Shown piece after piece: positions 38,483-50,764 of a DNA stretch of 64,000 nt (position 1 is its first letter; every line of letters starts with the position of its first letter). This stretch comes from Phaeosaccion multiseriatum. Lineage: Eukaryota > Protista > Ochrophyta, other classes. Position numbers and translations under genes: made by a program. The stretch covers positions 4,650,001 through 4,714,000 of the forward strand of contig OZ218950.1 in NCBI GenBank assembly GCA_965112735.1. The letters are read 5' to 3'. Under the pieces are notes generated by a model. The model searched no databases. It saw only the letters and a program-made list of their open reading frames with translations, and was not told where the DNA came from.

Positions 38483-41292
38483 ATGGCCAATTACGGCCTG
38501 AGAAAGCGAGGCACGGGCCCTTCGCCTCTTCCAGTCAGCGAGAGCACGGACAGTCTGATGGAAGACGATCCAGGGGAGCTGCCTTCCCCTCCAAGGCTGG
38601 GGAATGGGCGTGAAGAGGATGATGAAGACGACGACGACGATGGGAAGGATGTGCAGCAGGCTCGGGAAAAAGTGTCGAAGAGCGAGAGCAAGCTCAGGAA
38701 GGTCCTCACGAGAGCGGTGTTTGGGTTCGCCATGATCTTTGCCTTCTTGGGCATCGTCTACGCCGGGCACATCTACGTGTGTATGATCATTGTCCTCTTG
38801 CAGGTAAGAGGGAAAGAGAGAGAGAATAAAAAGGTGCAGAATGCACGTACTCCTATGGGTTGCATCATATCTCTCTCTCTCTCGCTCCTCGTCCCTCCCA
38901 GTCGCGCCTACGACAGTCCGTCCGAAGGCCAAGTCCTGTACCCTACTCCGCCGACACTCCTCCCCTCCCATGCCGCCCCTTGCCTTCCCTTGCCGCCCCT
39001 TCGCATCGGCCGATTCTATCATTATCGTGAGGGCAGTCTATGGTATTTAAGGAAATGGTAAACGTGCGCTACCGAGCCGCCAAGGAGAAGGAAATCCCGC
39101 TCTTTCGGACGCTGCAGTGGACGTGGTTCGCCACTGCCATCTCCTACGCGTACGGAGACTTTTTGCATCAGTTTGCCATTCAGCATGAGGGCTTGTTTTG
39201 GCTGGCGCACATAACCAAGTGGAACGGTTGGTTGGGCTTCAACGCGTACTGTGCGCTCTTCGTGCTCTCGGTAAGTACAGGACACGATCGTCGTCAATGA
39301 TCACCATTGGCACATCTCGAAGAGGGTACACATCTCAGCTTTGTCATATTGAGTGGAGATGCCTGGGCCATTGCCGTGTCGTGAATGCGCTTAGTGGCTG
39401 GTGTGTAAGGGGTGAGGACGTTGGGCGACAGAGAGAGAGAGAGAGAGAGGAAGAGAGAGGGAGAGAGAGTCCATTGCAGCAGTCCCTGCGCCACTCTGCC
39501 TTATCGAAATTGTCGAGTGTTGGCATCGAATGGGAGGCCACAGACGGAAGGCCGCGTTGCCTCCTCCTTCTCCTCCTCCTCCTCCTCCTCCTCCTCCCTT
39601 CGTCCTTCACGTTTTTCAATATTTTGAAGGGGGGCCGTGTTCTTATCCGCATCGCCATCCCCGTCGCCAGCATGTAAGAGCAGCTTCCAGTGCCTCATGC
39701 CCATTGCTGTCGCCCCCGCACCCCACCCCATGCATACCAGGTCCTGACCCTCAGGAAGGGGCTCTACAGATACCAAGTGGGGCAGCTGACGTGGACCATC
39801 GTCACCATCATGATGATTGTGGCGCAATTGAGATTCGTCGCGCACAATATCTTCAATGGCATGTTTTGGTTCTTCCACCCTTCCTCTCTGGTCGTGGCAA
39901 ACGATTGCTTTGCCTACTTTTGCGGTATGGCCTTGGGAAGGAAGCTCATCAAGAAACCGTTTCTTAAGGTGTGTTCCCTGCCCTCGACCCTTCCCTCACC
40001 GTGTGTGCTTACCGAGGAGGGAGGAGTGAGTGTGGCTCTCTTTCTGTGAATGCTCGCGTCGACATGTCCAACCCTCATACCGTCCTGTTGCTGGGCTCAG
40101 TCGTCATGCCACTTTGCGACCCCCTTGTCCAACGCAACAAGAAAGACGAAAGGAGGAAGAAAGAGAGGGAGAGAGAGAGCCAACGCATCTGTACTGTCCC
40201 CCCTTTCGCTTTCCCCTCGCCCTCCCTCCCTCCCTCCCTCCCTTGGCTCTTGGCCTTACAGATCTCCCCCAACAAGACGTGGGAGGGCTTTCTGGGCGCC
40301 ATGGTGTGCACTCTCGTGTATGCCTGGTACAGCAGTGCGTGGCTCGCCGATATGCCTTGGTTTGTGTGCCCGGTGGACGACATTAGCCTCACTCCCAGCG
40401 CCCTTAGCTGTGAGCCCAATTACATCTTCCTCCGACAAGATGTGACTGTCCCCGTCTTTAGCAGGCTGCTGGACTGGTTCTACACCTTTGTGTCCGGCAA
40501 GGGCGGTGCGAGTCTCCCGACGATGAACTTCCCCGGCGGCTTTGAGGCACCCGTGGAGGAGGCGAAAGATTTTACGACCCTGCACGTGCTGCCCATTCAG
40601 CTGTACTCGCTCGTTATGGCCATGTTTGTGAGCCTCATTGCGCCCTTTGGCGGGTTCTGGGCCAGCGCTATCAAGCGCGCATACGGGATTAAGGACTTTG
40701 ACAGCATCATACCAGGTTAGTTAATTAGTTAGTTAGTTAGACATGCTCTGGGCCTGGTCTTTGTTTTGTTTCTGTATGTGGTCGGCCTTTGGCGTCAAGA
40801 ACTCTTTTGCCCCCCAGAGCTCTGATTGAAAGGGAGAGGGAGGGAAGGGAAGGAATAGTGGTGAGTGCGAAAGGAATTGGAAGAGGGGGGGCAGCAAACT
40901 AGCGGACTCTCGAGCACAGGGCGTTTTCGGGGAAGGGGAGGGCCCCAAGCAAGCAGGCTGCAGCAGATCAAGGAAAGGACGGCCTCTGCGCCTTTTGCTC
41001 GTCTATGGAAGCCTCTCTCTCTCTCTCTCGTTTCCCTCACATTCTCTCTCCCTCTTGACTCTGCTGCTTCCCCCTTTACCCCTTCCACTCAGGGCATGGA
41101 GGAGTAACGGACAGGATGGACTGTCAATTTATCACGGCCCTGTTCGTGTTTGTGTTCCACGACACCTTCATCCGCCCGAGCATGGTCACGGTCGGGGGTT
41201 TGCTGAGCAGTGCCAGCTTGCTCCCTGTCCTGGAGCAACAGGAGCTGTACTCGAGACTGGGCAAGATGATTGAGGGTGTCTCAGGCGACTAA
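38483..41292 (+). CDS. CDS1: Phosphatidate cytidylyltransferase (CDP-diacylglycerol synthase), eukaryotic type
   Basis: VVANDCFAYFCG, ISPNKTWEGFLG, APFGGFWASAIKRAYGIKDFDSIIPG|HGGVTDRMDCQ. Confidence 0.95.
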
Positions 41293-42051
41293 AGGTGGTT
41301 GATCGGCTGGCAGTGCGTGCCCAATCCAAGGCGGCGAATGGTGCATACGGCGAGTGGTGGGGTGGTGCAGAGGGACTTCGCACCCGAATCAATGGGATAG
41401 GGCGACGCGAGAGGGTCGTTGTCGCAGAAGAGGAAGCATCAAGCTGCTGCAGGAGCAGCAGCAGCAGCAGGAGTAGTAGCAGCAGTAGCAGCAGACAAGA
41501 GATTGCCCAGTGCCGTTGCTGGTTGTTGAAGAAGTGTTTTGCCTGCCTGCCTGTACACGTGTGTGGGTGGCCTCCAAACGCAGAGGGGCAGATGGTGGTC
41601 AGAGTCACGTGGTATGTAGAAGTAGAGACATGTTGACCTTACGGGCCCATCTATTTATGTACAAAAGATGAGAGTTTAATGGCATCCCTCCGCCCCAGCC
41701 CCCTCCGCCTTCACTCCTCAACCAAACAAAGTGAAGGTACTGTAAACAATGGAACAAGGAGATCTCTGATGAGGCACCTAAACATATCCTCATCTCTCTC
41801 CCTCTCTCTCTCTCTCTCTCTGTGCCAGAAAAGTTACCCATACCACCCCACCCGCCCACACCCCTGCGGCTGCTGCTGCTACACAGCGCTGGTGGAAAGG
41901 CGCCAAACTCTGCTGCTGGCGGGGAGGGGGGTGGTCCGTGGTCTGAGGCTATTCGCCGCTGTGTCCCCGCCGGGCGGTGCATCTGAGACTGGAGCTGCGG
42001 GTGGTGGGGTTAGTACAACCTGATGTATATCACCCATGCACTGCCCCCACA

Positions 42052-43865
42052 CTATACTGCGGCTGCGGGTGTCCGGCCCAGCTCAATCACCCTGTCGAAG
42101 TCGATATAGGGCTCGTAGGTGCGAATGACGCTCGATATTCGCTCGTCATCCTCTGCGTGCATCTTGGCTGTGAACTTATCCAGTGCATTCAGGGCCTCCG
42201 TGGTGGACTGGTTGCTACACAGCACAGGCAGGCCGCTGTGGCGAATGTACTCGAGGATAAAGGCGTGCGGCACATTGTAGGGGGGAGAGCCCGTCAACAT
42301 CAAACCTCCCACGGCATTGCTGCTGCTGTCCGACGAAGGCAATGCCCCTCCCTCTCGTCCTCCTTCCCCGCCCCCACCGTCCTCCCCTCCCTCTTCCGTC
42401 CCCGGGCCAGGGGTGAGAGAAGCCGTATCTCGGACGTGCGTCAAAATTCCTATGATGATGTCATTCCTACTGGCGTGCGTGATGAAGCACGTATTCCTGT
42501 ACTTCTCCTTGTCTTGATTGACAAAGTCCAGAAAGTGCACCATACTCGTGGTCACCTGGACAGAAGAAAGGAGCAGAGAGGGGTACTTCGTTTAGTGCGC
42601 TTCTTTGTAGGGGGGCGATGAGGAACACGAGAAACATGTGCTCACCAGCTCGTATCGTTCAAAACGCCGCAACCGATGCTCCTTGCCCGACAACACCTTG
42701 GTGTGAAACAGATTTTCCAGGTCCAGCACCGAAGGCTTGTCCAGGGACTCCGCCATAGGCACCACCCCCAGGAGGGGGGCACGCCATCCCCAGTGCTTCA
42801 GAGCCATGTTCATGTAGCGCGTGCATTGCTCCACCTTGGCGGGAGACACCTTGTTGAGTATGATGCCCCCGACGTGAAAGCCCTGCGCTAGGCACAGCTG
42901 GCGGTTGAGTGTCAGCTGGTCAAAAGTGTTGCCCACGCCCCCATTCGCAATCAAGATTACATCCAGACCAAGCGTGGATGCGACTTTGGCGTTGCTCCAT
43001 CCGACAATGCTCCCCACCCCTGTATGGCCCGTGCCTTCCACCACCTACAGGAGGGAGGGTCCAGAGAGATGGCAGCAGAGGGCCAGGCAATAGAAGGGGT
43101 CCGAAAGTGTGGCGATAAGGGGGTGTACAACTTCTCGGTGCGCAACCCCGTCCCAACCCCCCTTGACTGTATGCTTACCACAAAGTCGTGTGTAGAGACG
43201 AGAGACTCGAAACACTCCAGCAACCTTTGCCTCTGGCCGTCCCTGGGAATTTTCCCATCCAAGTACTCCCTCGTATACGTCTTGTGCAGGACGAGCGGCG
43301 ACATATCTCTGTAGCGACAGTGCAAACCAAAATGCTCCTTCACTGCCTTCACGTCCTTGTCCACCCTCAGCCCCCTCAGCTCGCCATCGTCCACGAGCAC
43401 GTACTTCTGCCCCACGGGCTTCATGTACGCTACCCTGTGCGCCCCGAAGCGCTTGATCAGTCCCGACACTAACGCCATGGACACAGACGTTTTGCCTGCG
43501 TGGTTCGCCAAGCAACAAGAGAGAGAGGGATGGGGGTGGGCAAGCATATGCCTCAGTGGAGCCGCGATACCACAGCAGCGAGCAGGAGTGTAGGTGGGAG
43601 GGTAGGTACGCAGTGAAGGAAAGTACGCGTAGAGAGCAAAGCCATAGCACAAGCAGCTCCTCTCAAAAGGAAGAGAGAGGGATTCACCTGTGTGCTCCTT
43701 GGTTGCGGCCACAAAAATAGCTTTCCCCCTCTTCGCTTCGCCCACAGCTACAGGCCTAGTAGTAGAAAAGCAGACCATCCGTCTTCTCGACAGCGCCGCA
43801 AAGGCCACATCGGCTGGCCTTCTCTTGAACAGCGGCCAAACCATCGAGCCAGACCTAGATCTCAT
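42052..43865 (-). CDS. BioD-like AAA_26 plus DRTGG protein (phosphate acetyltransferase N-terminal-like), with a predicted mitochondrial presequence
   Basis: IFVAATKEHT|GKTS, YMKPVGQ, VEGTGH, GIILNKV, ITHASRNDI and GLMLTG. No PTA catalytic domain follows. Confidence 0.8.
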
Positions 43866-44105
43866 CGCCCTTCCTGCTCATACGCGTTCCTCCACCCGCA
43901 AACACAGCCCCTCCGTCTCCATTGATTACTCGCAGTAGAAGGCACGGCAGTAGCCCAGAAAAGGTGGTTGAAGCCGAGTGCGAGAAGAACTTTGTGCCAG
44001 AAGCAGAGTAGGGGCGATGAATCGTTGACTTACACTGACTTGCGTGTCCTTTCCTGTTTGTTCTTCCCCTCTCTTGTTGTGCTGCTCATGTAAGCTGAGG
44101 GAACG

Positions 44106-47100
44106 ATGGCTCTCGCTCGTACCGCGAAGGGCTTGCTTGGAGTCACTGCTGGCTGTACAGGAGTGGTGGGGTTAGTGTGCATTTTGGACGAGGAGAAGAG
44201 GGGCCTGACGGGAGGCGTGAAGCGAACAGCCGTGGCCGTCTACCAAGCTGGCGCGGCTGCATACGACTATAAAACCTCTCTGAGAGACTTCGAGAAGGGG
44301 ACCAAGGCGTACAATGAGAAGAAAGAAGAGGCGCACGGCAGGAGCGCACAGAGATTCCTCAAGGTGTGCGTCAACTATGGCGGACTGTACACGAAGTTCG
44401 GCCAGCACGTGTCCAGGTCTGTGTTCCTCCCTCCTCCTCCTGCTTCTCCTCCTCCTTCTTCTCATCCTTCTCCACCACCGCCATGACCTCCAGTATGAAC
44501 CACATTATGCCAAAGCAGTACACAGAGACGCTCAAAGTGCTCCAGGACGAGAACCCCAGTGTGAGCCTGGAAGAGGTCGAGAAGGCCGTGCAGAGAGAGC
44601 TGGGCGGATCCATTGATGAGTTCTTCCATGAGTTCGACCATGTTGCAATGGCGGCTGCCTCGCTGGCTCAGGTCCATCGCGCAGTGACCAAGGCGGGGAA
44701 GGAAGTTGCGGTCAAGGTAGGGAGGAATTGAAGGAGACGGCGTGGATCCGTAGACGGTGTGGATCCTGCCTCCTCGAGCTGCCGCTACTCCATTGTCCTA
44801 CTTTTCCCTCTCTCTCTCTTCTCCTTTTAGTTGTTGCCTCCCTTTCACACCCGCCTGCCTCACGGACAATCCTTCGCCTCTCTGACTAAACTTTCGCAGC
44901 TCCAGTATCCAGGCTTGGAGCAGCAAGTTCAGATTGACATGATGACGATGGAGCTCCTCGCCAAGGCATTGGGCATCATCTTCCCGGACTACGAGTACAC
45001 GTGGCTGTTTCCAGAATTTAAGGAGAGCATTGCACTGGAACTGGGTGAGTTTGTATGTGTGTGTGTGAAGGAGAGAATGCTTGTGTTGTGTGTTACTTCA
45101 CTGCTGCTCTACTTTCTCTGCAGTGTCCATTCCCATTGAGCCTCCCTCATGTTCTCTCTGGAGAGAGGAGCTAGTCCTTTTCTGTGTATTTATAGCATTT
45201 GTTTGCCTCGTTTCGCCGCCCGCTGCTGCTGCTGCTGCACCAAACGACGGGACATGCGGCGCGATGCCCATGTCACAGACTTCGTCCAAGAGGCTGCCAA
45301 CTCAGAGCGGGTGGCGTTGATGTTCAGGGACGACGAGGATGTGCACGTACCAGGCGTTGTATGGGAGCTGACCACACGCCGCCTGCTGACGATGGAATAC
45401 ATACATGGCATTAAGATTAGCCGGGTGGACGAGATCGCAAAGCAGGGAATGGATCCCAAGAAGGTGGGTGGAGTGGGGTGGGGGGATGAGTGAGAGAGAG
45501 AGGGAGAGAGAGAAAGAGAAAGAGAGAGACGGGGGGGTGGGGGGGTAGAAAGACAAGGGGAGAGGAGAGGGAGAGACATAGAGACGGGGGGAGGGAGAGA
45601 AAGAAATGGAGCGGTTGGCATGGTGCGAGGGGGTGTGGAGAAGAGATGAAAGGCTCCTCGAGGGACGTGCACATTCAGACTCACCATGCAGCAGCCGCCG
45701 CATGAACCTTCCCCAAGCTCAGTACCCTCCCCTTTCTTCCTTCTCTCTCTCTCCCTCTCTCTCTCTCTCCCTCTCTCTCTCTATGTCTTCCTCACTCGCT
45801 CTTTAACTATAGGTTGCCGGCTTGGTGAGCAAACTGTTCGGGTCCATGATCTTCTATCACGGAATGGTGCATTGCGACCCGCACCCAGGCAACCTCTTCG
45901 TTCGGCCGCACCCTTCAGAGGTAAGTAAAGTGACAAGTCCCGGGGGGGCTTTTTTGATTTCTCCAAATTCACCTTCCAGTAAGCTGCATCTTGACGCAAT
46001 TGGTGGGTGTGCAATTTCTCCAAGTGGCTTCAGAAGAGAGAGAGAGAGAGAGAGTGTGTGTGTGTGTGTGTGTGTGCGTGTCTCGCCCTTTCCCTCCCCC
46101 CTGTTGTTGTCCTTCGCTTCACATGTGTGTTGCTTGTGTGTTTTTTCTACCCCAAATCACACGCCCGTCCATTGTTTCAAACTATACACGTAAACAAAAC
46201 AGTCTGCAGACAAGCTGGAGAGTGCCAAGAACGTCCGCCCTCAAGTGGTGCTGTTAGACCACGGAATGTACCGTCGCCTGGACCCGGCTTTCCGACACAC
46301 GCACTGCAGACTGTGGAAGGCCTTTATTACTCACGACGACGCGTTGGGGCAGCAGAGCGCTGTGGATCTGGGGCAGGGGCCGGAGATGTACGACGCTCTC
46401 AGTCTCATCTTCACGTGGCGCCCCTCCAACAGTTCCGCTCGCATTGGCCAGCGCATTACCGAGGCGGAGCGGCTGAGGCTCAAGGAGAAGTACGAAACCA
46501 TCTTGTCCGCTGAGGTCAGTTTTGGGGGGTTTGTGGTTTGTCTGTATAAGTGGTGGTGGTGGTGGTGGTGGTGGTGGTGGTGGTATTTTGTTGTTGACAA
46601 CGGATTGTGTGGGCGACCGAGAGGAGGTGACGCTGCTTCGAGCAATGTATGCCCAATCCCCAATCGATGCTCCGTCATGACAAGGCTACTTGAATTCCCC
46701 TCTGAAACCATCAACAGCTCTTGACGCCTCGCTCATGTTTGCCTCCCCTTCCCTCCCCATCCCTCAGCGCGTCAACGCCTTCTTGGAGAGCTTGCCTCGG
46801 GACTTACTCTTCGTCATGAGGACGGGAGACATGGTGCGAGGACTCAACAAGGAGCTGGGCGGCACCACTCAGCAGCGCCTGTCCGCCTTTGGAGAGGCAG
46901 CCATCCACGGCCTCGCCCTCAAAAACCCCCCTGAGCTCCTCATGCAGCAGGAGGAGCAGGGGACGAAGGAAGAGCAAAAAGGGCAAGGGCAGGGGCAAGA
47001 AGGGCAAAGAGCAGCGGTTGATGGCACGCCTCCTCCTCCTTTGCTGTCAGCCACGGATTCTTTCACCAAAGAAGCTGCCTTTCGAGAGTATCTGGTGGCC

Positions 47101-47316
47101 AACGGAGTAGATGGACCCTCCTTACTGAGGCTCTCCAACCCGCAAGCAGGGGTGAATCGGTTAGTGAGCTCGGAGGTCACTCCAAGAGCTCAATCTCACC
47201 CGGACTGGTGGACGATGCTCCACTTCCGTGCGAGGATGAAGATCTTCGACTATATCTTGGCCGCGGTGTGGTGGTGGAGGGGAGATAAGCCCTTCACGAC
47301 ACGGAGTGTGGGGTGA
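44106..47316 (+). CDS. ABC1/aarF-domain atypical kinase (ADCK1/ADCK5-like)
   Basis: GGLYTKFGQH, AAASLAQVHRA, VAVK|LQYP, ELDFVQEAAN, LTMEYIHG, VHCDPHPGN and LLDHG. Confidence 0.92.
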
Positions 47317-47561
47317 AAGCAGGGGGGTGGGGGGACTTACTGACTTATAGGCGTCGCGAAAGAAACTGAAAGTGTGTGGGGGGAGTTTGACTGTGAGCTT
47401 TTGCATACACTCTTGGGGGGCGCGAGCAACCAACATGTACAGACAACAATAAAGGAACATTAATCTCTTTCGTTTTAATTTTTTTTAAATTAAAAATGAC
47501 AGTTTTGTTTGTTTTCATAGGAGAAAAAGGGGCTTCCAGAGGCCCAAGCTGGAGCTCACCA

Positions 47562-47763
47562 TCGGCCCCTGACATGGTTCTGAGGCGACCCTCGTTCCTG
47601 GTTCTGGTCGGCGCCAGCCGGCCTGCTTCCTGCTTCTGGCCGGTGCCAGCCGGCCAGGCAGGTTCCAGGTTCTGGGGGAAAGCCATGCAGTAAGGCAATG
47701 ATGAGGGCCAAGGCTGCTTCCTGCTTCTGGGCTGGCCTGTCTCAGAACCATGTCAGGGGCCGA
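47562..47763. mobile_element. MITE (202 bp) with perfect 23-bp TIRs and a 6-bp TSD
   Basis: TCGGCCCCTGACATGGTTCTGAG at 47562-47584 and its reverse complement at 47741-47763. Flanked by TCACCA at 47556-47561 and 47764-47769. Confidence 0.88.
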
Positions 47764-48088
47764 TCACCACGCACCACAGTAGAGGGGGGGCTCAGAGATC
47801 AGGCATACTCGCGCTTCCGTGAGCTCCATAGCTGCTCTCCCCCTCATTCTGCGGTGAGAGCGACGAGCTCGACCGAGTTGGGGAAGCTCCATTGTAGTTC
47901 TCCGTAAATACAATCGGGGTGCCGACCTGTCTGCCTTGCCAGGTCTGCTTTCTCGGGCCTGTCTTCCCTCTCTTTCCGTATTGACATGTGTAGTATCGCT
48001 ATGCTCTCTCTCTCTCTCTCTTACGTGGCGGAGCCTTCGTATAGCGGCGTTATGCTCTCTCTCTTGTTCTCTCTCTCTCCCTCTAAGG

Positions 48089-48877
48089 TTACGGAGCCTT
48101 GGCGTCTCTGAAGATGAGCGAGATGCGTCTCTGCCGCTCGTAGCAGGCCCCCGTATGCCACTTCACCAGCGACTCGCCCCGACTGGGCAAGATCTCGTGT
48201 GTGAGCTTGTACCGTGCTGCTCCTTGCAGCATGTATACAGAGCGTGGGGGCAGTAGCATCTGGGCAACCACGCAAGCTTGCGCATCACTGGGTTTGTTTT
48301 CCTCACCCCCCTCCTCGCTCTCTGGGCAGAGTTGCATCACGCTTGTGGACAGCAGACTCAGTCCACATACGACATCCCCGGAGAACTTGGTGCTATCGAC
48401 ATGTGGCTTGATGAATCCGTCCTTGGCCAAGTCAATAACGTGGGTGGTGGGCATCCAGGGTGCCCTCAAAGGGTGCCTCGCGCAGGATGCCAGTCTATCG
48501 CGTAGGATGGCCAGGGTCGACCTGTTCTGCTCTGACCACCCCCCATCATTCGGCCGCTCGATTTCTCGATAATCTATGATCACACTGTCCCAGTGGTCGG
48601 CTATGTACCGCCTCCTCTTGAGCCAGCCTTCTAACTCCTCCACCAGGGCGTCGTGAGCCTCGTGTGAGATGGCGTTGGGAATGACCTGGACGTCGTCCAA
48701 CTCGTCCAGCCATTTCAGAGCCCTCTCCTTCCCCTCAGGCAAGTGCACAAGCTCCTGGTCTTCCTCCTCTCCGGCTGCTGCTGCGGAAGTTGATGGCCGC
48801 GATCGGAGACGGGAGGGGAACACGGGCGCAGTCCTTCCATGGCGTCGCACCACAGCTGCGCTAAGCGCACGTCTCAT
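48089..48877 (-). CDS. ALKBH7: Alpha-ketoglutarate-dependent dioxygenase ALKBH7, mitochondrial, intronless
   Basis: RRY...HWD.VI..YRE.E, HVIDL...G.IKPHVDS.KFSG, ARY..THEIL and RRISLIFR. Confidence 0.9.
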   Translation of the reverse strand: MRRALSAAVVRRHGRTAPVFPSRLRSRPSTSAAAAGEEEDQELVHLPEGKERALKWLDELDDVQVIPNAISHEAHDALVEELEGWLKRRRYIADHWDSVIIDYREIERPNDGGWSEQNRSTLAILRDRLASCARHPLRAPWMPTTHVIDLAKDGFIKPHVDSTKFSGDVVCGLSLLSTSVMQLCPESEEGGEENKPSDAQACVVAQMLLPPRSVYMLQGAARYKLTHEILPSRGESLVKWHTGACYERQRRISLIFRDAKAP

Positions 48878-48987
48878 ACTCGGAGTTTGTTTACAAAAAC
48901 AATACTGTAGCTCTCGCCAATCGCATACAACCAACTGTTGTACAAGGATTGGATTGGTGTGGCTCGTCCAGCAAACAGAGAGCGGCG
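48878..48987. promoter_or_regulatory. Putative bidirectional promoter between ALKBH7 and WDR18
   Basis: Only 110 bp separate the divergent start codons. Confidence 0.5.
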
Positions 48988-50142
48988 ATGTTAAAGGAAG
49001 TGGTGCTAGCCACCTCGTCCGTAGACAACACTGCTTACATCGTGGACCCCCGAAGCGGCGCTCAACTAAGCACTCTCAAGGGCAACCTGTCCGGCACCCA
49101 CGGTACCGCCTTGGTTGGGCCAGACTATGTGGTGAGTGCCCAGACCAAGGGCACTTCCCTGCAGTTCTGGGCGTGGGGAGGGGAAAGCGCCAAGCTCAAG
49201 TGCCATGGCCCTGAGAAGGTCGGCCCGGTGGTGGTGACAGCCGACGGAGGGTTCTGCGCCGCTGGAGGGGTGTCGGGCCGGCTCTACGTGTGGGAAGTGG
49301 GGACGGGACAGTTTGTGCGGGCTTGGGACGCGCATTACAAGGCCGTGAGCGCCCTTGCTTTCAGCCCGGATGGGGGCTTCTTGTTTTCAGGAGGGGAAGA
49401 TGCCATGGTATCCGCTTGGAACATGCTGGAAGTGGTGGCCGAACAAGGCCTCGGCTCGGCAGGAGGGATGACGGGACGCGGGGGTGATGGAGCCGCAGAC
49501 GCATTGGATTCCCGCTGGACGAGCTCGGACCATACGCTGCCGGTGTCAGCGCTGCATGTCAGTCGCACCGGCACTCGGCTGTTTAGTGTGTCCTTGGACC
49601 GTACGGCACGCATCTGGGACAGCTGCAGCGGACAAATGCTGGCCGCGGTGGGGGCAGGTGTGTTCCTTCGGTCGGTCACCGTGACCCCAGATGAGACCTT
49701 TCTGTTTTTGGGCGGTGGCGACGGACTCATTCTCAGGCTGGACATTGACGCGAATGCACGTGCCGCCGCGACTTCGGAAGTGGAGGGCAGCGCAGCAGGT
49801 TGGAGCGGGGGGGGCGGAGGCAACAGTAGAGTTACCAAGTCCTCTTTGCAGCAGATGGTGGGGCATACCAACGTCGTAACGTCGCTGGCTGTTGCCGCAG
49901 AAGGGCAGCTCATTGTGTCTGGCTCGGCGGATTGCTCCATCCGGGTGTGGCATAGCGTGTCCCGCCAGTGCGTCCGCAAGATCGACGTGGTCAAGGGCGC
50001 CGTGTCACAGGTCATGGTGCTCAACGTATCCACTGCCAAGCTTTACAGCCACCAGAAGGTCAGTCGAGGGCCGTCCTCTTCTCCTCTTGTCTCTCCTGTG
50101 GGAGTACTGACACCAGTGTTTCGTCGAAACGGGGATTGACCT

Positions 50143-50198
<56 letters not shown>

Positions 50199-50604
50199 CG
50201 TTTCTCCCCCCTTTCTCGCCCTCTCCTACCCGGTGCAGATGACCAAGGCGGCGGAGCAGGCTGTCCTTCCCTTGGCGCCCTTCAAGAAGTTCGTTCGCCA
50301 AGCCGGGACCCCCAAGGATACTTCCGTGGTGCTGTACCCCTCTCAGGCCCCAGACTCGCGCAGCGGCTGGCAGAAGCTCAAGAAACGCCGCCGTACACAC
50401 GACACGGTCCAAGAGCTCGGGCAGCAGCAGCAGCAGCAGCAGGAGGAGGAGGGGAGAGGGGGGGGTATCACTGACTTCATCACCGAAGAGGAGGTTGCTT
50501 CATTGCTCGATGAGGTGACGAGACTCACCGGGGAGAACGCTCGCTGGCAAAAGCTCAACAATACGCTCTGCAAGAAATTGAAAGACGGAGGAGGGGCGTC
50601 GTGA
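48988..50604 (+). CDS. WDR18: WD repeat protein 18 / IPI3 (Rix1 complex), 2 exons
   Basis: SGRLYVWEVGTG, WDAHYKAVS, SGGED, SDHTLPVS, VSLDRTARIWD, LAPFKK and a C-terminal coiled coil. Confidence 0.88.
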
Positions 50605-50690
50605 GTGTGTCGTCAAGTCATTGCAGTCGTCTCTCTCCTCTTCCTGTGGGGCTGACTCTGAGCACGAAGGGGTCGAAGGTTCAGCCGAAG

Positions 50691-50764
50691 GCGGTGTGAT
50701 GAGTGATGATTTCTGCCATCTGAGGCGGGCTTAGAACCATCACGGACCATTCAGACTGAACTGC
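50691..50764 (+). ncRNA. Weak candidate box C/D snoRNA
   Basis: GTGATGA at 50696-50702, CTGA at 50720-50723 and 50756-50759, and a terminal stem GCGGT/ACTGC. Confidence 0.2.

Noticed and set aside
50650-50730. U3 snoRNA-like boxes
   Set aside because: The conserved U3 5' domain (box A/A') is absent.
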